DNA of 51,858 nucleotides from Macrostomum lignano (taxonomy: Eukaryota), in contig NIVC01004281.1 of assembly GCA_002269645.1 (NCBI GenBank), forward strand, positions 1 through 51,858, in the 5' to 3' direction. The notes beneath the pieces were generated by a model. It was given only the letters and a program-made list of their open reading frames with translations, was not told the DNA's origin and made no database searches. The position numbers and the translations under genes are program-made. This document shows, in pieces, positions 11,901 through 22,178 of the stretch; the first letter of the stretch is position 1; every line of letters begins with the position of its first letter.

Positions 11901-13507
11901 CTTAGTACTACTACTCTGTGTTTTTTCGGGTTGGCATTTTTGCGACTTCCTTGGTTGGCCGCCAAATCGGTCGGCCGGATCGGCCGACTCGGCCGACTGT
12001 TGCGCATGTATGAATGCCCTACTTCAAGTTCTCAATTTTTTAAAGTCAAGTTTTTAAATAGAAATTATATTTTTATATAAAATAGATAAAAATATAGTTG
12101 GCATTCTTTTGGTTAACAATTACCTTAAATAGTGATCATCAGCTCAAACAATGACAATCAGCACTAAAAACAGTTGTAATTGACATGAAACAAAATAAAA
12201 AGCTAGCAAACTGACTGTTTATTTCAAAAGATGATAAGATTATTATAGCTTATATTTTACCTTCAGTTTACAATCACCAACATGTATATTGCCTACTAAA
12301 ATGATTGCAAACCAAAGCTGGCCATAGTAAAGCCTGTCAAATAATTTCAATTGTCAAGTTGCAAGTTTGAGCTTGCAGCCTATATATATATCACTTTCAG
12401 TTTACAATCACCTAAACATATATTGCCTATTGAAATGATTGTGAACCACAGCTAGCTATAGAAAAGCATATCAAATACAAAAATATAGTCACGTGCAGAA
12501 AACTGCTGCTCATTCTAGATCAAGGGCATTGAAATCCCCTCTCATCTTTGTACCCCTTTACATTCAGTTTACAATCATTTCTATATATGCACTCTACTGA
12601 AATGATTACAAACTGAAGCTGGCAATATACCTTTACTATAAGTGTATATCCATTATATAGGCCTACAATATTAATTTTAACCTAGCTTCAGTTCATAGGC
12701 CCTAATCATTTCTATTTGTATTATATATTTAAATGATTGTATACCAAAGCTAATATATAAGCATCATCTAACAAACTGCACTTTCAACTTTGGATATTTT
12801 TTCAGTTTTCAGTTTTGAACATGCCATTTTTATGCTGCAATTGATCAAAATATAAGGTGACCATAAACCAAAAGTGGCAAAATAGAAGGTGATTGTAAAC
12901 CAAAAGAATGCCATTAGGTTAAATCAAGGGTTGGCATTAAAGAATACAAGCTAAAAAGAATAACATTTTAGGATTAATACAATTATTCCAAATGGAAAAA
13001 CCAATTAACTAAGGAAAAAAACTAGAGTCCCTAGACAGTAGTTATTAGTTAATAAGATCCTATAAAGACTTTGTCATTAGACATCACTTATTTTTATAGA
13101 CCTTAAAAAAGCCTTCTAATAATTATAGGGCTTAAGCAGCTAAGCACTAATATTCATTATTAGTATAAAATTTTTATTCATTAAATCAAATGCCCAGGCT
13201 AGGCAATAGTTTCTATTTCATCTAATCTAAATAGACATATGCCAATAATTTTTTATAGGTTCTATGCAATATACATACCTTTTGTTTCAAAAATGACTGC
13301 ACATAATACAGGGTGTTCATTAAAACTATTAACTTCAGTATCATCTTCACAAGTCTGACCATTTTCTCCAGTGTTGTGAAAATTTAGTCTGCTTGCATTA
13401 GAATCAAATTGAACAAAAACTCCACCAGAGTTGCTTATAATATTATCCTCCTCAATCCATAGTTTTACAATGTTCTTTATTGCACTAAGAGAAGTAATAT
13501 GCGTCAT
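6558..13507 (-). CDS. QPRT: Quinolinate phosphoribosyltransferase (NadC/QPRT)-like protein with degenerate active site, low-complexity tail and putative C-terminal zinc finger; 5 exons, ~605 aa
   Basis: Exons 13507-13279, 10025-9818, 9529-9184, 8056-7092, 6627-6558; all GT/AG, phases consistent, total 1818 bp with no internal stop. Colinear with animal QPRT: IVKLWIEED, G|VLAGVPFADALLTRLRCEASWSVAEG, LSRASGLATYA, TPGQRLLERHGLLVGG, GADLVMLE, ADIDVV. The last exon is inferred; without it the frame ends at TGA 7088. Confidence 0.85.
6683..7066. repeat. 31-bp minisatellite (GATCTGAGACAGGAGCTGGAGATGGGACGGG)n in the last QPRT-like intron
   Basis: About 12 tandem copies. Confidence 0.95.
8120..9140. 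repeat. Compound 28-31-bp minisatellite (GACTCACACAGGACACTGTACAGGGGGCTCT)n with embedded (CA)n tracts, QPRT-like intron 3
   Basis: Tandem units fill almost the whole intron; pure (CA)n runs at ~8843-8902. Confidence 0.95.
11716..12012. mobile_element. Non-autonomous hAT-type MITE (297 bp)
   Basis: Perfect 14-bp TIRs CATACATGCGCAAC / GTTGCGCATGTATG, flanked by the 8-bp duplication AATGCCCT (11708-11715, 12013-12020). Confidence 0.88.
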
Positions 13508-13752
13508 TATGAAATCAGTCGCAGTCAGTAACTTCAGTAAGACTTACTTAAGATAAGATTAGGAGCTAGGAGTCTAGGCTGTTTAGGACTAAGTCAAGCT
13601 TCTCAATAAATAGTATTAAAATGAAAATTGACTAAAGTAATAATTTTTCTTCTTGCTATTTTCGTTTAAAATATGTTTACTACTAGCGATAAATCAATAA
13701 AAACCGAATGAAAATTTCTGAAAAAAACTTTAAAGCATAATCGCCAAATCTG

Positions 13753-14773
13753 TGCAACAGTTGCCTATTATTTTGCCTACTTTGCCTATTTTTGTCTATT
13801 TTGTCTACTGATTTCACGTATAATACGACTATTTTTTTATATTCGATTGAAGAATTCTGTGCCTAATAAATATATGTTTTTAATATTGTTAAGTAGTAAA
13901 ATAGCATCAATAGTAGCTTTTAGCCTAATTCTGTATGTTTAATTAGTTTTAATACGTACGCCATTTTTGCCTGTAATACTATAAAAGGGAGAGAGAAAAA
14001 TAAACGAAGGAGAACTTGCGCTCGTTGGTTTCCTCCGCCTGCCAATTTTAGACTCCGGTCTTGGCCCCAGCGGTTGTAATTGTTCCAAAAATAGATCTGA
14101 ATTGGTCTTAGTCATTTAAAGGCGCTCCGCCTTCCCTCTCCCACGGAGCTTCGTACAGCCAGAAGCGTACAGGCCTCCTTTCCCCACTCTCCCCAGGACG
14201 TGCAGTCCTACCCCAAGCCGCTCCCCTTTCCTCCTCTTTCCCAGAGAATATACGCCCCGCCCCTCAATCCTCTCCCCTCTTTGTGGACATTCTGTCTGCA
14301 CAGGTGTACAGCCTTATTCCCTCGGACTTACAGTCTGATCCTCCCCCAAGCATCCCCGCTCCCGACCCTTCCTAGTAGAAATTTCCCACATTCATTAGGC
14401 AGATTGCCTTCTTATCTAATGCTGTCAGCATTCCCTATTAGTATTTAGAAGTTCCCATTAGTGTGCTTTCCCAGGCAACTCTGATCCATCGCGAAGCCCT
14501 TAATTCCCCTCTCCCATCTTTATTCCCTCGGACTAGTTAAGTTTAATTTAGACAGTGTCTTGCCGCTCGGACACTCACGCCACCAGGAGCAACCATTGGC
14601 TTACTCCTATTAGTAATAAAACTAGCACATCTATCAGAAATCCCCAAGAATCCCATAACTTACCCTACAACAAATTTGGTGTCAGCAATAGGAAACTTCC
14701 CTCCCCCAAGACCCCTATAACAGATTTTGGTAACAGCGGTGGGATTTTCTTAAAAATAAACAGCCCTGTAACA
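13753..14773 (+). repeat. 5' LTR
   Basis: Differs from the 3' LTR, by eye, at one substitution (GGGAG/GAGAG after the TATA-like motif) and two single-C indels. TATAAAA at 13980-13986. Confidence 0.97.
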
Positions 14774-14777
14774 AATT

Positions 14778-14790
14778 TGGTGGCAGCGGT
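14778..14790 (+). other. Primer-binding site, probably tRNA-Leu
   Basis: TGGTGGCAGCGGT 4 nt after the LTR end; complementary to the remembered 3' end of metazoan tRNA-Leu(AAG/TAG), ...ACCGCUGCCACCA. Confidence 0.75.
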
Positions 14791-14856
14791 AAAGGATCAG
14801 AATCTGGAGAAACGCGCAACCCCAGCCTAATTTCCCATCCCAATCCCTGAAGTATA

Positions 14857-15822
14857 ATGGCCGCAGGAATCAATGAAGCCCTTGCGCTCTTAGCCGAAGA
14901 GCTCCGCAACCGACTCGAATTAGGCCCCCTTAGACATGTGAAAATCCAGAAATACCTCCCCAGCCAAGATATCAGAATCTGGCTTACCGCATTTGACCAA
15001 AGATGTGAAAATGAAGGAATAGATGAGGAAAACCGAAAGCAGGAATTATTGACCAACTTAGATCTAAGCACTGCGTTTGCAGCAGTTCAACGCCTCAACC
15101 TCCCAGCTAATCTCCCCTATGAAGAATTCAAAGAGAGACTGATCGAAAGATTTGGAAAAGTAGGTAGCTCCGCCGAATTTCGCGAAGAGTTTAGGAATCG
15201 CTGCCAAGGCAGAAACGAATCCACTGACAGCTTTGCCGATGCCCTGATCGAATTAGCCTCCCGCGCATTCCTGAACATGGATGCTGAGCAGAGAGAGGAA
15301 GAACTGGTTGAGCAGTTCATTAAAGGTGTGAGAACCCCTCCCGACACCCGTGAAAAGCTAATCTTTGCCCAACCTGCTAGTCTCCAAGCCGCCCGCAGAA
15401 TGCTGCGCAGAATTGAAGCTGCTTACCAGATGTCCCATAAAGGTGGAATCCGAGTAACTAAGGAAGAAAAAGAGGAGTATAAAGGCAGAACTGACCAGTT
15501 GATCATCAATCAGCAGAACCAGATTGATCGCCAAGAACGAGTCATCCAGGACTTAAAGAAGCAGCTAGCAGCGCAAAGCGCTCCGCCACCCCAAGCCTAT
15601 CCCCAGCAACAGTATAGACAGCCACCCCCTCAGCAGTATAGACTGCCACCTCCTCAGCAGTACAGACCGCAACCCCAGCAGCAGTTCAGACAGCCACCCC
15701 AGCTGATGAACCAACCACCAAGGCGTGAACCCCCAAGAAGGAATGAGCGTCAGCCCCCCAATCCCAGATATGAGCCGCTGAAGTTCCGTAACCCCCGTGA
15801 CTCCCAGAAGTCGGGAAACTGA
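14857..15822 (+). CDS. gag: Gypsy Gag (321 aa)
   Basis: Capsid-like core (WLTAFDQRC, YEEFKERLIERFG, RCQGRNESTDSFADALIELASRAF, EQFIKGV), Q/P-rich PPPQQYR repeats, no CCHC knuckle seen, ends SGN-stop. Confidence 0.92.
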   Translation: MAAGINEALALLAEELRNRLELGPLRHVKIQKYLPSQDIRIWLTAFDQRCENEGIDEENRKQELLTNLDLSTAFAAVQRLNLPANLPYEEFKERLIERFGKVGSSAEFREEFRNRCQGRNESTDSFADALIELASRAFLNMDAEQREEELVEQFIKGVRTPPDTREKLIFAQPASLQAARRMLRRIEAAYQMSHKGGIRVTKEEKEEYKGRTDQLIINQQNQIDRQERVIQDLKKQLAAQSAPPPQAYPQQQYRQPPPQQYRLPPPQQYRPQPQQQFRQPPQLMNQPPRREPPRRNERQPPNPRYEPLKFRNPRDSQKSGN

Positions 15823-18800
15823 GAAGCCAGGGTCGAGTTAAGAGGCCACGCCCCTCAGGCCAAAATATTGCTTACTCTCCGGCCTCCCCATCATTCGAAA
15901 ATGCCCCCCAACCAAAATACCGGCAACCTCCCCAGTACGGTTTCCGCTATCCCCGCAAAACCTCCCATGTACAGCCAATGCCTGTAAATAATGCGATATC
16001 TGTCTCCCCCAATAATTTTTCACTTCTTACCTTTGATGATGCCGACGATGCTATGCCAAATGCCCCCCATGACCCTCATGTGTACAATTCCCCCCATGCG
16101 ACCGCCTCTCATGTAACCAATGCGACCAAAGCTTATGTACATCATGCGTCCGCACCCCGTGTACCCACTGCGCTTGCACCCCATGTACCCCATGCGAGTG
16201 AAACCAATAATGCTCTATCCAGTGCTGAAACCCGCTCAAAGAAGCGACAAAAGCCAAAAACCAATTCCCCATCTCGAATCGACCTGACCAAGCTAGAAGG
16301 CTATGAAGCTGTAATAGTCGGCGATATCCAGAAAGAATCGATTAATTTCTTGCTAGACACAGGCGCCAGAAATAACTTCCTGAGCCGCTCAACCTGGTCT
16401 AAGCTATTCCGTGCCGATCAAATCCGAGACACTAGCAAAAGCATCAGTACATTTGACGGTACCCCAGTACAATTAGAAGGAGAAGTATCTGCCCAAGTGA
16501 AGTTTGGCGATATCCAAATCGAAGTAGACTTCCTCCTATGCCGACACGATTGCGATAATATCTTAGGAATGGAATTTTTCCTGTCCCAATGTGAAAGCAT
16601 TCAGCTAGCCAAAGGAATGCTAGTGCTTAATGAAGGTACCTGTATACCCATGCAGTATACCCGCCTACCCGTGAAAGTTTGTCGAGTTTATACTCAAGAA
16701 AGAGTAATCATCCCAGCTAATAGTGCCCTCCGAATACCCGTGAAGTTAGCCAAGAATTGTGAATCGAATTATGGCACCCCCATGACCATTGAAGCCATTG
16801 GCGATACTGTCCGAACCCGAGATTTCTCCCTAGAAATGGTTCCGACCCTAGTAACCATGAAAGAAGGCAAAGGAATTGTCGAAATTATTAACCGCCACCC
16901 AGTAGACGTGAATCTAACTAAAACTTCCCTAATTGGCTTAGCCAGACCCATGAAAGCTAAAGATCTAACCTATTGGCAAACCCCAACTCCCAACCCCCAA
17001 CCCTCTGCGAAAGTCAACCAGACTCAATGTACTGAAGATTCCTGGATTAATGAAGTGAGTCTTGGCCCTGAACTGTCAGATGAACAGCGACAAGCAGTCA
17101 TCGACTTAATGAAAGAAAACCGTGAAGCCTTTTCCCAGAATGAATTAGACATGGGCCTGACACATTTAGTAACCCACGAAATCTCTATCAAAGACCCCAC
17201 CCCCGTTAGAATCCCAGCTAGACGCATCCCCCCACACTTGCAAAAGCAAGTTGACGCCCAATTAGACGATATGTTAGCCAAAAACTTAATTAGACCCTGT
17301 TATTCGACTTACTCCACTCCCCTAGTAATTGTCCCCAAGAAAGACGGTTCTATCAGAATCGTGAGCGATTTCCGAGTGCTCAATTCAAGAGTTAATTATT
17401 ACCCCTACCCCCTCCCCAATATCCAAGAGACCTTCTCCCACCTAACTGGTAGCCAATACTTTAGCAGCCTTGATTTAAACTCAGGATACTGGCAAGTCCC
17501 CATCAAAGAAGAAGATAAGCATAGAACCGCCTTCTCCACCCTAACTAGAGGCCAATTTGAATACCAAGTAATGGCCCAAGGACTTTCCAATGCCCCCGGA
17601 ACCTTCCAACGCCTGATGAATTTAGTACTATTAGGAATCCAACACAAGTTCGCCATGTCCTATATCGATGACATAATAGCCTACTCCCAAACTTTTGCCG
17701 ACCATTTAGAGCACTTAAGAGAAGTATTTAAGCGACTTATTGCCGCAGGTCTGAAGTTGAGACCCAAAAAGTGCAATCTTTTCCATCACGAGTTGAAATA
17801 TCTAGGACACGTGATTGGCCGGCAAGGCATTCAAACAGACAAGACGAAGATTGAAGCAATTCAAACTTGGCCCCGTCCCAAAGACGTAAAGGAACTACGC
17901 AGTTTTCTTGGCCTATGCAATTATTATTGCCGATTCGTGAAAAATTATGCCGAAGTGGCTCACCCCCTATTCCAATTGACTCGAAAAGGAGTCCAGAATT
18001 TCCAATCTAAGTGGAGCAAAGTGCATGACGAAGCCTTTGAGTCCCTGAAGCAGAGAATGATGTCTACTGAAGTGTTAGCCTACCCCGAATATGTCGAAGA
18101 TGAAAATGTGAAAATGGTGCTCGACACAGATGCCAGTGACGACAGGATTGGCGCATGCCTTGGCCAAATCCAGAGTGATGGCATAGAGCGACCAATAGCC
18201 TATTTTAGTAGAGCAATGAAAGAATCAGAGAAGCGATACCCCATTACCCGGAAAGAATTGTTAGCCCTTGTCGACGCTATGAGGCATTTCAGATTTTATC
18301 TGATCGGCAAGAAATTCTTAGCCCGAACTGATCATAAAGCGATAATTTGGCTCATGAGACAAACTGAAGCAACCGGAATCCTAGGAAGATGGATAGAGCG
18401 TCTGAATGAATTCAGGTTCGACATTGAACACAGAAGCGGCGCAAAACATTCCAATGCCGATGGATTGTCGAGAAGACCAGCTGAGATAGCTGAAGCCCCT
18501 GAAGTATCCCCTGAAGCAGCCCCTGAACTTGCTGGAACAGCACCTGAAGTTTCCGAAGTCCCTGACGCAGCCACTGAGCCTGCTGAAGCGATCCTTGAAA
18601 CCCCTGAAGTACCTGAAGCGATTCCTGAGAAAATTGAGCCAATCCCTGAGAAAGTTGAGAAGTTGACCCCTGTTCCCCTGAGAGATGAGAGTGCTCCCGC
18701 TGAAACTAAGGACAACCCCATGTCCCAGTCACCTGAAGCTCTGATAGAAAGCGAGACCCAGCTTGAATATCCCGAATCTAGGATACAGCTGAATGTCTCA

Positions 18801-20629
18801 GGTAGAGAAGTAGAATCAGAAGAAGAGACAGGAAAGTGTGAGAAACTATTAACTGATTACCTCCCCAACCCCCTGAAGAAAGAACAGATTGAAGAAGCCC
18901 AAGCTGCTGATCCCATCATTAAAGCCCTGCTAGAAGCCAAGAAACAGAAATTGAGCCAATTTCCCAAATCACCGGACGTGCCAGAAAAGATCAGTAAGCA
19001 TTATGCACTGATGAAAATCGATAACGAATTATTAATAATCACCGAAGGCGAAAAGGACAAAGTAGTTTTGCCCCCATCCTTAGATAAAGCAGTCTTTATT
19101 GACCTTCACTGCAGCCCCCTCGCAGGACATCTAGGAAGAGATAAAACGCTCCAAAGAATCAGAGAAAGATTTTGGCGACCCGGACTGAGCACTGCAGTTG
19201 AGCAGCTAATTGCTGAGTGCATCCCCTGCCTTGAGAGCAAGAAAGGACATTTTGTTCAGGCCCCAGTCCAGTCATTCCCCATTGGTGAAGCATTTAGCCG
19301 CCTGCATATAGACATTATCGGCCCAATATCTAAAGAAAGCAAACGAGGCCATAAATATGTCCTGACAGTTGTTGACAGCACAACTAGATATCCCTTCGCT
19401 TTTCCCATTAGAAACCAAAAGTCAGACACAGTTATTAAGATACTACTTGAACGGATAGTAGCAGAATATGGACAGCCCACCTGGATCCACACAGACAATG
19501 GAAAAACTTTCGCTAGTAAACAATTTAGAGCTTTTTGCGAACTTTATAATATTCGCCACACCTTCACTACCCCCTATCATGCCCAATCTAATGGCTTAGT
19601 AGAACGGTTTAATAAGCAAGTCAAGTCAATCATCACCTGTCTGATCAATAAGGATCATGGTGATTGGGATTTACTAATTCCCGCAGCTCTAGTAGCAGTC
19701 CGCACCAGCCCCAATTCAACCACAGGTTTTTCCCCTCACTTCCTATTATTTGGCAGAGAAGCCACCTTACCTCTAGACACTCAGATCAGAAGTACAGCAG
19801 AACACGCTGATTATCCCGCCTACATTACTAAGCATGCCGAAAGATTAGAGGAAGCTCATAAGATAGTCAAGAAGAAGTTGGAAAAAGTAGTAGAGAAAAG
19901 ACAAGTCGCCGCTGAAACTAACAAGTTACCCCCTAGAATCCCTATAGGTTGCCTTGCACTGATTAATAACCCCCAGTAGATAGCGAAGAATCCCACAAGT
20001 TCCACCGAAAGAAGAGATCCGCCTTTAGAGTTTTAGCCCAATTATCAGAAGTGGTTTTCAAAGTCCAGAAAGAAGAAGAAGGAGAATTAGTAGGGAAAGA
20101 AATGCTCGTGCATCGAGATAACCTAACTCCAGTCCCGAACTCAACCCCAGAACAAATCACTAAGGAAGGCCAGCGAGATGCCCCTGATTCCGCCCCTGTT
20201 CCCATCCCCACTTCCGCTAAACCTAAGAGACAACCTGTAATTAAGGAAGGCCAACCCAGCCGAAATTCCCAAAAATTAATCTTGCCCGAACCAGTTGAAT
20301 CTGAAGAAGAATCCGATGAAGAAGAAATTAATTGGAGATGCCAAATTAGAGAAGCAGAGAACGAAGAGTTAGAAGAGGAAATCCAGCCAGAAGAATGGAG
20401 TGAAGCCCAAACAGAGGAAGAGAATGAAATGACCGATGAGTCAGAGAGTGAGGCTCCAAACGAAGAGATCCCTCAGCCCCAACCCCCCTCTCCTGCCCCG
20501 CGAGATCCCGAACCCCTGCGCCGTCACCCCTACAATTTAAGGCCCCCACCCCAGAATAAACAGCGTTGCAACTGTCATCTAGACAGACTACTATTAGCAC
20601 TAAACCTCTTGCGCAACTTAGAATTTTAG
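15813..20629 (+). CDS. pol: Gypsy Pol (protease, RT, RNase H, integrase) in the -1 frame of gag
   Basis: Protease LLDTGA; RT FSSLDLNSGYWQV and YIDDI; RNase H LDTDAS; integrase HCSPLAGH..C..C, HIDIIGP, HTDNG, NGLVERFN. Frame is open from 15813. One lost C at 19970-19974 separates ORF 15978..19979 from its C-terminus (20051..20629, with VHRDNL and RRHPYNLRP). Confidence 0.95.
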
Positions 20630-21001
20630 CCCGTCTACACCTTCCTACCCCTCCCTCGCCGTCCCCATTCGCCCAACAGACCCCAAATTTTAGACAAAGA
20701 GAGCCCTCGACTAGACCCTTGCTATGCACAAAGGACCCCTCAAATTATCGATCGACAAAGAAACTAGAGCCCAAAGAGCGTAGAAAAATGAGGTTGGTCA
20801 CGAAAACAAGAGGACCTCCCTTGTCTGTGAACAATAGTCAGTAAATATAAGCATTTTTAGGCCATTGCACAATCAGATCCCAAGCCTTCTGCTCTCCAAA
20901 ATTCCCACTCCTCGCTAATTAATACTGTCGAGCCCGACTTTTAAATTTTTACTATCTGAGTGATCTTTATACCCTGCGCTGATTAGGCAATCAGATTCCC
21001 A

Positions 21002-22033
21002 ATGTATTCAGAAGAGAGTCTTAAGCAGCTGGAGGACGACCTTCGTCTCAGCGACTCTAATGACAGTGAGTTCGACGAGGAATCGGACAATGATTTGCCC
21101 ATCCCTGAGCGCCAACCCACAAGGCCAAGCAAGCCAGGTCCTAAGCCTCGCATTGCCTCAGTTGTGACTCGTCCGCCGCAGCCGTCCACCTCTGACGCGC
21201 ACTCGTCGTCAGCTATCTCAGATGCCCACCCGCCATCGGTTGCCCCTGATCGTCAATCGCCGATCACCAATCGCCAATCGCCGACCGATTCAGTTTCCCG
21301 TCGATCAGACGAGCGAGTTAAATTGCTCCGACGCCATGCTGATGCCCCTGTCAGCATCCCCCCGACCGCCATACAGCGCCAGCCCCCTGATGCCAGATCT
21401 GCTATCGTGTTAACGACTAATGAAGCACCCCGGCCAGCCATCCGCCAGAGACTTGGGCCTCGCCCTTCATCAACATCGCAGAAGCATCGATCCCGATCCA
21501 GGTCTCCGCCTAAGCAGCAGCCCGAGCAACCATTAGTCACTCCGCCATCGACTTATGGGGTTCGACCGATGAACCAACCGCGTCCCCGCCCCGTCCCACC
21601 TATCAAGATGGAACCGTTGGACTCCAGCATACCACCTCTGATGGCTGGATTTGTGAGACAGGACCAACCCCTGCGGGAGATTGGCGAAAATTTTACGCAG
21701 GCCATCGAGAGTCTGCCAGAGGCCCAACGCGCCGATTATCGCCGTATGGTTACAGCGATCAAGCTGTATTTCATTCATGCTGGCCGATTCCGAGACGGCC
21801 GCGAATTCCCTCAACGCGAGACGCTGCGGCCAGTGCTGCATAATCTTCGCCGTCTGCAGCCAATGCACGCTGTCGCCGCCTGGCGGCGTGCGGCCCACTA
21901 CGCACTGACAGACCTCCGCCGAGGTCCGCGCCGCTACAATGCGCAAAGCTTGCAGATCGAGATTCGCTGGCTAGGCCGAGAATGCGGCTGGCCCCATCAG
22001 CATCGGCTGCCGAGCGAACTCAATTTGAATTAG
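21002..22033 (+). CDS. Retrotransposon accessory ORF3 of unknown function (343 aa)
   Basis: Intact ATG-to-stop ORF between pol and the 3' LTR; acidic N-terminus, P/S/R-rich middle, helical-looking C-terminal ~120 aa; no signal peptide or TM segment. Confidence 0.75.
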   Translation: MYSEESLKQLEDDLRLSDSNDSEFDEESDNDLPIPERQPTRPSKPGPKPRIASVVTRPPQPSTSDAHSSSAISDAHPPSVAPDRQSPITNRQSPTDSVSRRSDERVKLLRRHADAPVSIPPTAIQRQPPDARSAIVLTTNEAPRPAIRQRLGPRPSSTSQKHRSRSRSPPKQQPEQPLVTPPSTYGVRPMNQPRPRPVPPIKMEPLDSSIPPLMAGFVRQDQPLREIGENFTQAIESLPEAQRADYRRMVTAIKLYFIHAGRFRDGREFPQRETLRPVLHNLRRLQPMHAVAAWRRAAHYALTDLRRGPRRYNAQSLQIEIRWLGRECGWPHQHRLPSELNLN

Positions 22034-22178
22034 TTATATCGCTGACGAACATTTATTCTGCAATTTTATTAACTTCCATTATTCTTGTTTATTAACTATT
22101 TTGTTCTATCATTGCTATTTTACGTATCGTTTTGAAAATTCTCACTATATTCAAATTTATCAAGCCAGGAAGGCCAGT

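Noticed and set aside
20051-20629. Separate gene or chromodomain after integrase
   Set aside because: Joins pol by restoring one C at 19970-19974; no chromodomain aromatic-cage motif is visible.
21002-22033. ORF3 as a retroviral-type envelope
   Set aside because: No signal peptide, transmembrane helix, furin site or Cys pattern.
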